A stretch of 64,000 nt of DNA. Origin: Vicugna vicugna. Its lineage: Eukaryota. The stretch is taken from positions 2,554,844 to 2,618,843 of the forward strand of contig MU057711.1 of NCBI GenBank assembly GCA_013265495.1, written 5' to 3'. Shown in pieces: positions 1 to 12,545 of this stretch (its first letter is position 1; each line of letters starts with the position of its first letter). The translations under genes were made by a program, and so were the position numbers. The notes below the pieces were generated by a model. It was not told the DNA's origin, searched no databases, and saw nothing but the letters and a program-made list of their open reading frames with translations.

Positions 1-164
1 ACCCAGAGTCTTGACTGGTTCAGAAGAGGAAGCTGGGAGGTGAGGCCAGAGAGATAATTGAGAAGCAGATCAAGAAAGGTCCTGAATGCCAGGGTAAGCT
101 TTTGTGACTTTATCTTTTGGGCTAGTGGTTTTTAATCAGGGATGTGTGTCAGAATCACCTGATT

Positions 165-636
165 TATTAGTTATTATTGCCATAATGCTGTGTAACAAGT
201 GACCTCCCTCCCCCGCCTTGCCAAGGCATGTAACAGCAAAGATTTATTTTTCTCACTATAAGCGTGCAAATCAGCTCTGGTGACTCTGATAAACTCTATA
301 CTAGACTTGACTAGAATTGGCTAAGCTTGGGTCCAGGCTGGGCACTGGGTTCAGGTCTGTCTTGTATGTCTCTCATTTCAGGACCCAGGCTAAAATGGTA
401 GTGGCTGGTTGGGGCACACTCTTTCATGGTGAATGGAAGGAGTGCAAGAGGGAGGAGTGGAAATATGCAATGCCTCTTACAGCCTTGTTTTGGAATTGAG
501 AGTGTTACTTCTATCCATGTTAAACTGAATGAAAAAAAATCACACAGCCAAGTCTACTGGTGTGAGAGAGTCCCCTCTGCTCACTGTGACTCATGAGAGA
601 GGTAGACAAGGAAGAATTGTGGGCAATTCTACCACA
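165..636. mobile_element. MLT1-type (ERVL-MaLR) solo LTR, inserted in a MER5-like fragment
   Basis: MLT1-like start (attgccataatgctgtgtaacaa) and end (ctaccaca). MER5-like sequence lies on both sides. Confidence 0.65.
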
Positions 637-908
637 TCAGGGGTGTTTCTTCACCATCTGATACCCAGATTCTAAGCCTCTGAGTGAAATATCTATATTT
701 TGAATCAGAATTGATTCTGGTGTGCACTCTCATGGGATAAGTATTATTACTGTGGCCAATGAGAAGCCATTTAAGGCTCCTGAGTAGAAGAATGACAAGC
801 TCAGTCTGGGGCATAGAAAATAGCTTTGGGAAATAGATGGGTATGGAGGTTGGGAGATCAGTTAGTTAGCAAATGGTTACAGTAAGAGAGGTGAAAACTT
901 GAGACTGG

Positions 909-1407
909 TGTTCAGGTACCTATTGCTATGAAACAAACTACAAGAAAACTCAGTGGCTTAAAACAAACATTTCATTACCTCTTGTGACCTGGGGGGTTGA
1001 CTGGGCTCAGTGGGGTGGTTCTGCTCCATGTGATGTTGGCTGGGACTGGAAATCCTCTGGGGACTATTTCGTGCTAGACATTCCAAGATGGCGCACTCCA
1101 TGGTTGGCTCTTGTTGCTAGCTGTCCACTCAGAGCTGAGCTGGGGCTGTTGACTTGCACACATACATCACCTCTCCACGTGGCTTGGCCTTCCAGCATTG
1201 CAGCCGGCCTTTGAGAGGGAATGTTCCAGAAGTGAGCATTCCAAGTGGGAGGAAACAAAAGCTGCCCATCCTCTTAAAGGCTAGGCCCAGCACTTGCGCA
1301 GGTTGGTTCAGCAGTCATGGGCCAGCCCAGACACAAGGGGGGAAATTAATCCCTCTGTTTCACAGCGAGAGTGACAAATCATGTGGGGCCATCTTTAATC
1401 AATCACA
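909..1407. mobile_element. MLT1-type solo LTR within an L2 remnant
   Basis: TG...CA termini; internal ctattgctatgaaacaaactac...ctcagtggcttaaaacaaac; 5-bp flanks ACTGG/CCTGG (4/5 TSD). Confidence 0.75.
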
Positions 1408-4400
1408 CCTGGACTGTGACAGTGTGGAGGGAGGGGACACAGATTTAAGGGAGAGTTCAGAAACATGGATAGGACTTGGCACCTTATTGGTCATGGAAGG
1501 AAAGGTTGAGATGCCCAGAAAGCCTGGCCCTGAGGATTTGTCCAGAGTGGCCACTTCAAACCCTAGGGTGAGCCTAGGGAACAACCCGCCTGCCGTGTAC
1601 TGAGTGAGTTCCCTGGGAAGGAAAGACAATTGGTACCTTTGCCCAGGACACCCACAGTCACTCCAGTGGCATCAGATAGTCAGATTCACCAGGCTGAAGG
1701 CTGAGCAGGAGGCTGGAGTGGGGATAGCAGTGAGCAAAACAGCAGAGAGAGGACAGACTTGGGAGGCCACTTGGGTGTCTGAGGAGCTGGCCAGATGCTG
1801 GAACTCAAGGAGGCCTGGGGTATGAGATGAGGGGGACAGTGGGTTTCCCAACACTGGATTTCCATATGCTGGCACATATTGTTAATTTTTAAGAACAAAA
1901 AGACTGGCATTTTTATTGGCATTAAAATTTTTTTAAAATCTGAATTATCTTCATCTGAAGTTAGTGATATCCAGAATGTTACAAGTGCATTGAAACGTTG
2001 ACTCACATGAAGGCGGCACTGAGCTTGGGAGGGATTACAGTTCTCCTCTGTTCAAAACCCTTTTGAGAGATCTTATTGCTGTTTAGTTCCCATTCTCCAG
2101 GATTTTAATGAGGCTAAGGGGCTTTTTAAAGGTTTACCAGTCCTCTGTATGTCCCCCTGACTGACTTGGGCCCCCGAGAGCATCCTTCTACAAAGAGGGA
2201 GGGTAAGGGTTTAGGGGACTAGCAGGGAGCAGAGGGAGGGGGGCACTTCTCAGCCCTTCCCTCTTTTCCCCTTTTCCTCCTGAGGCCAACTCTTAGGTCC
2301 TGACCCGACTACCTTGGATAATGAGTTGTGACCACACCCTCCTCCCTAGCACCCTCCATGGAGAGAGCCAACGCAATGAAGGGAGAAGCCTTGGCCCTTG
2401 TCCCTGGCCCCCTGCTCGGGGGAACAGCACCCGGCGGCGATGGAGAGCAGCGGGCAGGGAGGGCCCCATCTCACTTCCCACTGTCTGGGAACTCCGTCAC
2501 TTTGCTCCTATGTTGCAAACACGAAAGGTCAGCTGTGCTGTGCAGTCCAGTGAGTTCTTGGAAAGAGTTGGCCTGATGCCTGATAGGAGCGGGAACCACG
2601 AGAGGCTTCATGCCGGAGAGGGGCATGGCCCCTCCTGAGCATGGTTTCAGTGGTGGGAAGTCACAGAGATGATGATGGTGACAACAGTTAGGCAACATTA
2701 ATAATGGCTGATGCTTACTGAGAGCCTACCCTGGGCTGGGTGCTGTCTGCCATTTTACAGATGGAGGAAGTGAGGGTAAGTAGCCAGTCAAGGTCACCCC
2801 CCCTGGCACATGAGGAAGGCAGAGCCACCTTGTTGAGCCTAGAATCCCTGTCCAGTTGTTTCAGGGATGATAGATTCATTTCCCAGCTACAATCCCCATT
2901 TACAGATGAGAAAACTGAGGGCAAATACTAGAGCCAGGAAGTGCTAATATTCTGCTTTGTTTCTCTCAGGTACCCATGGAGAGCAGAAGGTCTGGGCAAA
3001 GGAGGAGCTTTTTTCTTCTCCAGAAGCAAAATCTGTGCTGGGAAGAAGGCTCTTGGGGAAGAAGGTCCTAGCCTCAACATTCTTGGACTTTAAATATACC
3101 TTGATGAACACTTAATTTGTTGTAATCTGTCTGTTCTACCACAGGGTTGGCATGTACACTACATCTTGGCACATAACTAAGAGTTATGTGGCAGAAACCT
3201 GGGTGGCTCATCTTGCAGCCCATGAGATAGTGTAGGGTAGTGGCCACATGCAAGGCCTTTGCTATCAGGCAGTGGGAAATCTTGTCTGTTGTTGAGAAGC
3301 TCTTACTCTCCCCAAGCTCATCCTCATCTATACAATGGGGATGGTAATCACAGTCCTTTCTCCCCAGGAGGTGGTAAGGATTCTGTGAGGCAACAAAATG
3401 CAAACAACCCTTCACACAGAACCTGGCAATAGTGAACCCTCAGCCCAGCTTAGCTTGTCACACTTCTGTCTGCTTGCTTGGATTTGAGGGACTCCTTTCT
3501 GATTCATTCCTGCATCCCCTGCACTGAGCCCAGTCCTGGCACATTGGAGGAGCTTGGTACCCACTGCTGAGAGATCGGAGGAATAACACTGACAGGGAGG
3601 GTATTTGGCGGACACTAGGGCAGAAGGCACCAGTCTGCCATCATCGCCCCTTTTTTTCCCTGTTGGGTCTGGTCCGAATTGTTGCCTTCCCACCACCTTG
3701 CCTGTCTCCAATGTACCTTTTCACTGGATGAGTTTCCTTAAGCAGAGGGAGAAACTGGTGTCCGCAGGCTGGGACCCAGCAGGAATGCATGTTTCATCTG
3801 GCCTGCACCAAAAAATTTTTAAAATTAGCTGATGATATTTTAAAATTGGAGATTTCACCTAGAAACCTGGATTTCAGCTACTCCTAAAAAAAAAAAAAAA
3901 TCAAAAGCTCTAGCCACTCTGGGCCCTTGGGCAGTAGCTGGCTTTGAGCTGCAGCTGTCCCTTTAGGCTGGGTAGATGCCATCAGGTTGACCTGTCCAAG
4001 CCCTCCCTGATGCTTCCTGCCTTTCCCCAGGTGAACTTGTGGCTCCCGGCTCTGTGGTGCTCCTGGGCCATCCCAGTGACTGGGACCCATCTCAGGGCTC
4101 AGTTTGGCAAATCATGGCCGTGCCAGGGCCTCTGTCTGTGTCACAAGTGTACCTCCCCAGAGGGATTCAGCAGAGATGCTCTCCAGATGTGCCAGCTGAC
4201 GTGCTGGTGCTCACTGCCGAACCTCCAATGTAACCATTCTGTCGACTTTCTTTTCCCGACCACCCCCTCCTCTGCCCCCGCCTTCATCCATCCAGTGAGG
4301 CTGCTGCATTGTTTTGGGACGCAAACATACACACGTTATTAGAACCCCAGATCAAAGGCGGCGTCCCACGGCCTGCCTCTCAATGGTCCCTTTGTGCAGA

Positions 4401-5259
4401 CGGAAGCCTGTGAGAGAGAGTCAGAACCCAGGGAGAGAGGGAGGGGCTGGAGAGGGGGCTCAGTACAAAGATACTTGTCACCCTGAGAAGTCCGCAGACG
4501 ATGATGTTAAAAGAGGCGCCAGGTGGAGGATGTATCCCAGCTCTCTGTTGGAAGATGCAAATGGAGAATTCTCAGTTCCACGGAGAAGAAAATGCTCGTG
4601 CCTGTGGTTTCAGAGGGAAGGGACCACAGTGGCTGCGTCTCTGAGCACCTCGGTCTGCCTTCCTGCCCTCCTTGGGGGTGGGTGTGATATGCGCAAATGC
4701 TGCTTGGAGCAGTAGGGTGGCAATGACCTTCTCTTGGGCACAGAGTCAGAAGAAACAAAAATGATGTGAGGGGGGTTTGGAGAAGTCCGGGAGATGCCGT
4801 GGGAGACCGCATCACCTCTGGTCAGCTGGGCCCGTTTGCGCAGTCATTCCCGCCTACAGAAAACATTTCTAAAGCCCCTACTGTGTGGTGGGCACGAGGT
4901 GGTTTGAGGCCGGCACAGATGTGGCTGACCTGGGGAGGGTGGGACGCTCTGCAGTAACCACCTCATCAGAGCGAGCTGGCATCCACTGGGTCTGAGCTGG
5001 ACGCCCGGAGCGCTTCACACACATTGTCTCATTTATCTCTAGGGCTGGTTTGAACAAAGAGGTGCTTTGAATGTTCAGATGCTGAGACAGGAATCCTGCC
5101 TGCTATGGAGGGGGGGTGGTGGTGGTGGTGCAGGGGTGAGGTGAGCAGGTATGAGAAGGATTTACCGAGGTGGGGGGGTTTCTATGAGGGGAACCCATGA
5201 ACACCGGATGGAGGTCAACAGGTCACGGAGCTGCTGAGATTCTTAGGCAAATGCTTGCC

Positions 5260-6285
5260 AACCCCTCAGACTTGCTCTCCCTTGGGCCTTTTCTGTTCTC
5301 TGTCTGCACTCGCTCCCTACGGGATCTCATCCAATGTCAGGCTTTAAATCCCCTCTATAGGTTTATGACACCCAGGTGTACCTCTCCAGCCTGCAGCTTG
5401 CTTCTGAACTCTAGGCTCGTAGATCCAACTGCCTACTGGATCTTGCAGCTGGGATACGCCACAGGCATCTCAAAATAACATGCTCAAAACGAGCCCTGAG
5501 CTTCCCAGCTCTGCAGACAGCTCCCTCCACTGGCTTCCTCATCTCAGTTAATGGCAGCTCCATCCTCCCAGTGGCTCAGGCCAGTGATTTTGGCATCTCC
5601 CTTAACTCTGCTCTTTCTCTCCCACCCCATATTCAGTATATTAGCTGATTTTGTCACCTCTAACTTCCAAATACGTTCAGCATCCAATGTCTCACCTCTT
5701 CCATGGCCATCACCCTGGTCTAAGCCACTATCATGGCTGCTGTAATCTCCTCTCGGTCTGTCTCCTTGCCTCTCCTGGTCTCCTACCACCACCCTTGCCT
5801 CCACACTCTTGCTTTCAACTCAGCAGCCCTGTCCCGCCAGGCCACAATCCTCTGAAGACTCCCAACTCCCTTGAATCAAGCTGAAGCTCTTGCCAAGGCC
5901 AACAAGGTTCTCATGATCTAGCCTTGTCACTTTCCAACCTCATCTTCCCCTCTTGCACACCTTCTCTGCTTCAGAGGCACTGGCCTCCTTGTTTCCCCAA
6001 CATTCCTGGCATGTGCCCACCTCAGGGCCTTTACACTTGCTGTTCCACCTGCCTGGACCTGCTTTCCCCTGGCATCCTTATGCCTCTCTTCCTCATTTTC
6101 TCATTTGTGCTCAAAGGCTACCCTCTAACCCCTCCACCTAAAATTGCAACCCATCCCCTAGTATTTCTTCTCCCTCTTTCCTACTTTGATTTTTCCCATA
6201 GACACACCATATATTTCACTGACTTATTTGGTAACATAACAGCCTGGTATAAATTAGGCCCTCAAATCTTTGGTGAATGACTTAA
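5260..6285 (+). mobile_element. L2 LINE remnant (RT 3' region through 3' end)
   Basis: Degenerate RT-like translation GPFLFSVCTRSLRDLIQ (cf. L2 GPLLFSLYTxSLGDLI); typical L2 3' sequence cctcagggcctttacacttgctgttcc; ends in a tgaatga-like tail. Confidence 0.85.
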
Positions 6286-6419
6286 TTATTAAAAAAGAAT
6301 GCTTTTATTTCCCAAGACCCTCCTTCCCAACCTCTGTCCCTCCTCCTCCTGCCCAGTACTGTTACTTACTCAGTGAAGAGGCAAGTCCTGTCACCCTAAG
6401 CACTTGCTGAGAAGGCTTC

Positions 6420-6735
6420 ACTTCCCAGAGCCTCCAGTGTGGACTACATACAGGCAGTATCAGTCCCTCTGGGAGCTTGTTATGAAATGCAGATTCTCAG
6501 GTGCCACCCCAGACTGCATGAAACAAAATTTGGTGGGGAGGTAATTAGGTTTATTTATTACTTTTTTCTTTTCTTTCTTTTTTTTAAATTTTTTTTAGAG
6601 GAGGTGCTGGGGATTGAACCCAGGACCTTGCACATGCTAAACATGCATTCTACCACTTAGGCTATGCCTTCCCCCAGACTACGTTTTAACATGCTCCCAG
6701 GGGATTCATATGCACATTAAATTCCAAGGAACCCT
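6420..6735. mobile_element. MER5A (hAT-Charlie) interrupted by a SINE
   Basis: gaaatgcagattctcagg...ccccagact on the left and ttttaacatgctcccaggggattcatatgcacattaa on the right. Confidence 0.75.
6529..6675 (-). mobile_element. vic-1-type camelid tRNA-Ala-derived SINE
   Basis: Reverse complement reads gggggaaggcatagcctaagtggtagaatgcatgtttagcatg...gtcctgggttcaatccccagcacctcc, then an A-rich tail with aaacctaattacctcccc. Confidence 0.85.
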
Positions 6736-7579
6736 CATGTAGGCTCTTTGTTCCCAGCCTAAGAAAGGGGGACCAAGGGTCTTTCAAGGTCTCAAGGTTG
6801 GAACAGAATATACAGGCAGAACTAACAAGGCTAGGAGCTGGGAACAGGCAATATCAGGGACCAAGATAGTCTGTCTGCATGTCTCTCTCTTCCTGGGTTA
6901 CAATCTCTGCTTCCCTCTGATTGTTCCTACTCCTGCTTCTTTCCGCTCGTTCATCGGCCTATGGACCCCTAAGCAGCTGCTCCAGGCCTTGGGACTGTGG
7001 ACCCTTCAGCGACCACCAGTTGGTGGACCTCAGGCCCTGGGCTTCACTATTCATATTTTGCAAAGAGATCCTGATTGGTCAGGCTCATGGGTCAGGCATC
7101 CAATCAGCTGTGGCTCAGGAGTGAAGAGGTCATATGGTACCAACATGGCAGCAGGGCCACCCTGAAGCTGTGTTCTGTGGGATGAAAGGAGAAGTCAGTG
7201 GCAGTGGAGGGCCTCGGGGGTGAAGGAGGGGGGGAAAGCTAAGCTAGAAGGGAATGCAGGTGAGGCAGGCAAACTGACCGTGAGCTTTGCTACTGTAATG
7301 CTTTCCTTTTTTGCCTAGAGCTTTGGCCCTAAGAAGCCCCGCATGGGGCCTCACTCATTGCAGGTGTCCAATTGCTCAGAGGCCTGGAGGAGGACATACA
7401 CATTCTGTGACATGTTAAATGCACACCATAAATATATGTGGATGTACTCCTTCAGGGAGCCTCCCCACGCTGGCTCTGTCCCCACTGAACTTTCCTTCCT
7501 GCCACCCTCCTAGGCTAGGTCCCTGGATTTAGTACTTGGAATCTCAGACTAGAAGGAACCTTAGAAGCAATCTAATCTA

Positions 7580-7868
7580 GCATTTTCCAAAGCATGTTTC
7601 ATGAATATTTGTTTTCACTTGCACTTCCTATAAAAGTTTCCCTGGTCTGGTGAGTTTGAAAAACCCTGCTTAGGATGCCCTCTTCTTGGAGAATCACAAA
7701 GCTTGGCCACTCACTGAAGGTTCTGACAAGTCTTGCAGAAAAAAGAACTCATGTTCCTATGGGTAGGCCAGGGCTGCCCAGATTTTCCCATGGAGCCCTT
7801 TCTTTCACACCATAAGAGAATTTCACCATTCTGGTGTTCAATGGAATATGTTTTGGGAACTATTGATC
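7580..7868. mobile_element. hAT-Charlie (Charlie4-like) fragment
   Basis: ggagaatcacaaag...aggttctgacaagtcttgcagaaaaaagaac...ggaatatgttttgggaac. Confidence 0.5.
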
Positions 7869-10204
7869 TGCTGGACCCTTCTTTCTATTTTATGGGTGTG
7901 CAGACTCGGGGTGGTGATTACGTCCATTCTGTAAGTGAAAAACCAAGGCTTAGAAGAATGGGAGTTTCTTTCTCCCTTTTGTGAAAGAAGTCTGGAAGTA
8001 GACATTGTGGTGCTATGACTGGAAGGGCTTCTCAGATGAGTCTGGAGAGGAGCAAAGAAGCAGTGACTGAAGCAGAGCAGGGGCATGGTGAGGCCAGGCT
8101 GGCTCTCTCCTTCGTCCAAGGCCACCCAGGAAGCCTGCACTCCGAACTTGCTAAAACACCCAAGACCTGGGAAGTGTTCTTGGCACAAAAATTCGATTCA
8201 ATTTCACCAACATTTAGGCTGAAATAGCTGTCTTTCCTCTAATACCTGAATAGAGCAGCTGAAAGATCCCACCCCCTATTCTGGGGGAAGCCCAGCCCCT
8301 ACCCTCATCCCTAAGGACTGATGTTGGGGGCTGGTGTTCCTCCTGGCTGCCTCTGGCTCCTGTCTTTTCTTCCTGGTGAACATCTCCACTTTGGAGACCG
8401 TCTGTGGCCTGTTGCCCTATGAATGATCTATGTTGAGCTATCTTTCTGGTTCCTTCATCCTGTTCTGTGCCATTACCCCAGAGATGTGGCTAGGATTTTG
8501 CCAAGGTTTGGAGGGATGAAGGCTGATTCCAGCATAGAGCTGAGCAAGTGACAACTGCTGATCATGTATTAGATTTCACTGTCCTGAAATTCAATTGGCC
8601 CCCACCTCACTGGATTGCCCTTCTTAGGTCCTTCTCTCCTCATACTGTTTCCCTTGACACTCTTTCCTTTCCTTTCCCAGTTGCCATGTTGAAAATTCCT
8701 GTGACTTTTTCATGCAGAACAGTTTAACTCTCCTCTCCTAAACCAAGTCTGGCCCTTAGCAATGCCCAAACTCACCAGGGAACTGTGGAATGAAGCAACT
8801 CCAGGGACCTAAGGGGAACCAGAAAGACTTGGATGTTAGTTTTTTCTTTAGTATATCCCAGGTCATATTCTTGAAAGCCCTCCCTCCCACTCTCTTATTG
8901 ACCATAACACATCTCAGGGTGGAGATGGGACTGGGTGGGTTCCTCTTGTTTCATATAGAGCACCTCCTACAGGTAATGCTGGGTACTGCACCTAGAGATG
9001 CAAGTCAGACAAGACCCCGACTCAAGGAACCCAGACTCTACAAGGGAAATTTAGCTCCATCCTTAATGGATGGGAAATAGCCCCATCCTTAGAAAGGAGG
9101 GAAATTTAGCTCTATCCTTTAAAAAAGAGTGTCTGGTGGAGAGAGCTGGGGGGGACCTTGGCTCTTCAGAGTGGTCAGAGTTCTTCAGGAGGTAAGGTCA
9201 TGGAGGGCTTCTTCTAGGAAGTGGCATTTGAAGGGGACCAGAGCAGATGGCTTAACTTGGGGCTAAGCCTGGGGCAGCCAACTGGGGTGATATGTGCGTG
9301 TGTGTTTTAAACCTCACAGCTCCATGTCTAATAGATTTCACCTAAACCAGCCTTGCTAAATCTCAAGCCCCATGAAACCCATTTCTGTTATAATCTCTCT
9401 CTCTTATCTCTTCCTTGCCTTCCTTCCCCATTCTCCTCCCCCAAAGGATGGGAAATCTTCAAAGAAAAAGATGTGTCACTGTAAGTATACAGCCCAAGAA
9501 GTGGGCCAGATAAATTATTAAAACACATAAAAAGACAGTGAGTCGTGGTGTGGGAAGCCAGCAAAGGCCGAATAGCCATCCCAGGTGGATGGTGGGCTGG
9601 TGGTCCTTGGGAAGTCCCACCTCAGAGCCATGGACGGGCTGAGGTTTTTACTACCAGGCCCACTATCTTGCCCCAGGACCAGATTCGTGGGGGGTAGGGG
9701 TGTCATGATTCCAATAGCAGTGAAGTCCCGGGCGCCTGCTGGGCTGGGAAGGGCCAGGCTGAAGGTGGAGTTGCCGGGGAGGGGCTTTGTGTCTGGGCTG
9801 GACATTTGGGATTTACTTCCCCCAAGACTCAGACTGGTAAAAGCAGAGTTTTAGTTCTTGCTTTTATCTCTTTTTGAACTGTAAAAAGAAATTCCCAAGG
9901 GGAAGAGGGGATACTTTTTTCTCATGCAAGAAGAAAGTCATGACCAGTTTAACGAAGTAACCAACTTTCTGAGCAATGTGAGAAAGACCGGCTCAGAGTT
10001 TCGCTTTGATTTAGATGCACCCTGGCACCGGTGGGGGTGGGGGTGAGGGTGAGAGAGACAAATAGCGCCCCCAACAGAATTCGATTTCCTTTGGAAGGGT
10101 CTGCAGGAGTGCTCCGATTCTGATTCAGAACTGCAGAACCCCCACCTCCCTCCTGCTCTGGATCCCAGTCATCCTGCTCTGCGTTCCCACTTCCCTGCAG
10201 TTCG

Positions 10205-10385
10205 CAGGTTGTCACTTTGGCGCTGTTGACACTGAGGCTGGATTATTCTTTGTTTTGGGGGGGCTGTGCCATGCCTTGTATAATGTCTAACCACATCCCT
10301 AGCCTCTACTTGCTAGATGCCTTCAGACATTGCCGAATGTCCCCTGAAGTGCAAAACTACCCTCAGTTGAGAACCATTGCTACAT
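10205..10385. mobile_element. MER20 DNA transposon
   Basis: gctggattattctttgttttgggggg...cagacattgccgaatgtcccctg...gttgagaaccattg. Confidence 0.8.
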
Positions 10386-11084
10386 ATAGTTGGTGATGCC
10401 TTCCAAGTTTTGCCAGTTCAATTACGTTTATTGTTTTTTCTGTCTTCCTCCCTGTAGAGTGAAAGCTCCATGAGAGTGGGGATCATCTGTTTTATTTACT
10501 GATGTATCTTAAGTGCCTAAAACTATGCTGGTCCCACAGTTGACACTGAATCAGTATTTGTTTCCAGATGGGCTGGTCTCTCTCTAATGGTGGGGTGTTA
10601 AGTTTGGGCAGTGTTGGGATGTACAGCCAGATGTAGTGAAAGCATAGGCAATGGAATCAACATGCTTGATTTTACTTCCTAACCAGGTCACTGACAAGCT
10701 GTGTGACTTTGGGAAAGTGACTTCACGTCTCTGAGCCTAGTATAAGGGAGCTTCCCTCCTTTGTAGAGCAAGTACAAGCCTGCATCAGACACTGGTCATA
10801 AGGGCTATATGTGACTTAGGACAATCACTGACATCCAGGAGAATGGCAATATAAAATGGACAATACTAATGTTTTGGGGATCCCGGCACTCCTCAAATGA
10901 AGTGCCTGCTAAGAGCATTAATGTACCTGCTTATAAGATTAGCCTTTATTTCTACCCAAAAAGGTGTGTAAAAATGAAGTTTGGAGGATGGAAGTAAGAC
11001 ACTATTGGATGAAGAGATTTATAACTCTGGAGGACCATACAGTTCCCAATATCCTTCTGAGACATGTAGATGCTCCAGAGTTTT

Positions 11085-11395
11085 GATCTGATACAATAGC
11101 CAGCAATCACATGTGGCTATTGATCACTTGCAGCATGACCCATGACTTGTCCAGGTTGAGATGAACTTAGTGTAAAATATACATCGTATTTTAAACAGTG
11201 CAAAACAAAGAGTGTACAATATCTCATGTATGTTGAAATTAAAATATTTTTGATATATTGTGTTAACTAAAATATATTAAAATTATTTTCATCTGTTTTT
11301 ACTTTTTTAAAAAGTGTGGTTACTCAAAAATTTAGAAATTACACATGTTGCTCAGCTTTATTTTACTACTTTTTCTACTGGGCAGTGCCCCTCTA
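11085..11395. mobile_element. MER33 DNA transposon
   Basis: cacatgtggctattgatcacttg...gtgtaaaatataca...aaaatttagaaattacacatg...gggcagtgc. Confidence 0.75.
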
Positions 11396-12461
11396 AGGAG
11401 TTGGCAAAAAAGGGAAGAACTGAGCCTCCATTTTACAGATCATCAAACTGAGGCTCACACAGAATATTCAGTCCAAGGGGCAGAGGTGGTCTCCTCATTC
11501 TTAGCAAAGGGTTTTCTTTTCCCACGCCCGGGCTGCCGAGTACCAGGACGAACATAACAGTCCCACAGTGTTCCCAGCAGAGCAGGCGTTCTCTCTGAGA
11601 ACCACAAAGGTGCAGTGGAACCCCTTGATGTCGCTTTCCCCTCCGCAGAGACCTCCCCAGACAAAACAAACAAGCCCTTGGGTCTGGCAAACTGCAGCGG
11701 GGAGCGGAAGCCAGGGAAGATCAAAGACCCGGCGGTTACCCCCTTCCGGGCAGCACAGCTGGCAGCGTGCCCCGACCCCCGGCGGGCACCCACGGGCCCC
11801 GGGATGAGCGGATCCAGCGATTGGTTGGCAACTCATGGCTTTCGGACACTTGTAGCCGCCGGGACTTGGCTGGGCTCATAGCTGGCCGGAGGCGCAGTGG
11901 GAGATTATCCTTAACAACCGAAGCAAAACCTAGAGGGTCGGGGGACAGCGACGTGTTGGGGGACAGCACCGGGCGGGTAATAAGCGAATATTTTCTGCAA
12001 AGTCATGCCGTGCAAGATTGGGAAGGGGCAACGAAGCAAGGGCGCCGAGCAGCGTCTCCTCGCCGACCTCAGTTTCATCACCTGTAAATTGGAACCACTG
12101 AGTCCCGCCCTGCCCACTTCGAGGAAAAATAGAGCGGAGGGATCGCACAGCACTGTTAGCGAGAGGAGCGGTTGTTCAAGAGAGGGCAGGACCCAAGAAG
12201 AGTGTCAGTTCCAATATCCCTACTGGCCAGAGCTCCTCCCCCTCCCCCCTTTTCCCGGTCCCCAGTCCGGGTCCCCAGCCTCCCATCAGGGTCAGAGACA
12301 GCTGCCAGGGGCTCAGAGCGCCCGGGCGTCAGTCGGGCCGCGGCGACGGCGGCAGGAGCGCGTCCCGGCGCCACCTAGGGCTCCGCTCGCCTCGGAGGCT
12401 GCTCCGGGAGGAGGCGAGCGAGGCGAGGCGCGGCGAGCCGCAGGGCCCGCGGGCCGGGCGC

Positions 12462-12470
12462 ATGGCTTAG
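12462..12470 (+). promoter_or_regulatory. Minimal uORF ATG-GCT-TAG in the NKD1 5' UTR
   Basis: gggcgcATGGCTTAGgg, ending 28 nt before the main ATG. Confidence 0.7.
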
Positions 12471-12498
12471 GGACGCCCCCGCCCGCCGCGCCCCCAGC

Positions 12499-12523
12499 AT
12501 GGGGAAACTTCACTCCAAGCCGG
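12499..12523 (+). CDS. NKD1: NKD1 coding exon 1 (MGKLHSKP + first base of Ala9)
   Basis: cagcATGG strong Kozak context (A at -3, G at +4). ATG GGG AAA CTT CAC TCC AAG CCG G followed by donor gtcagt. Matches the NKD1 N-terminus MGKLHSKPAAVCKRRESPEGDSFAVSAAW; MGxxxS is an N-myristoylation consensus. Confidence 0.97.
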
Positions 12524-12545
12524 GTCAGTGTCCCCGCCCGGCCCG

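Noticed and set aside
2941..2980. Branch point, pyrimidine tract and CAG|G upstream of the gene
   Set aside because: Could be a lncRNA exon, but there is no supporting donor or transcript evidence in the sequence.
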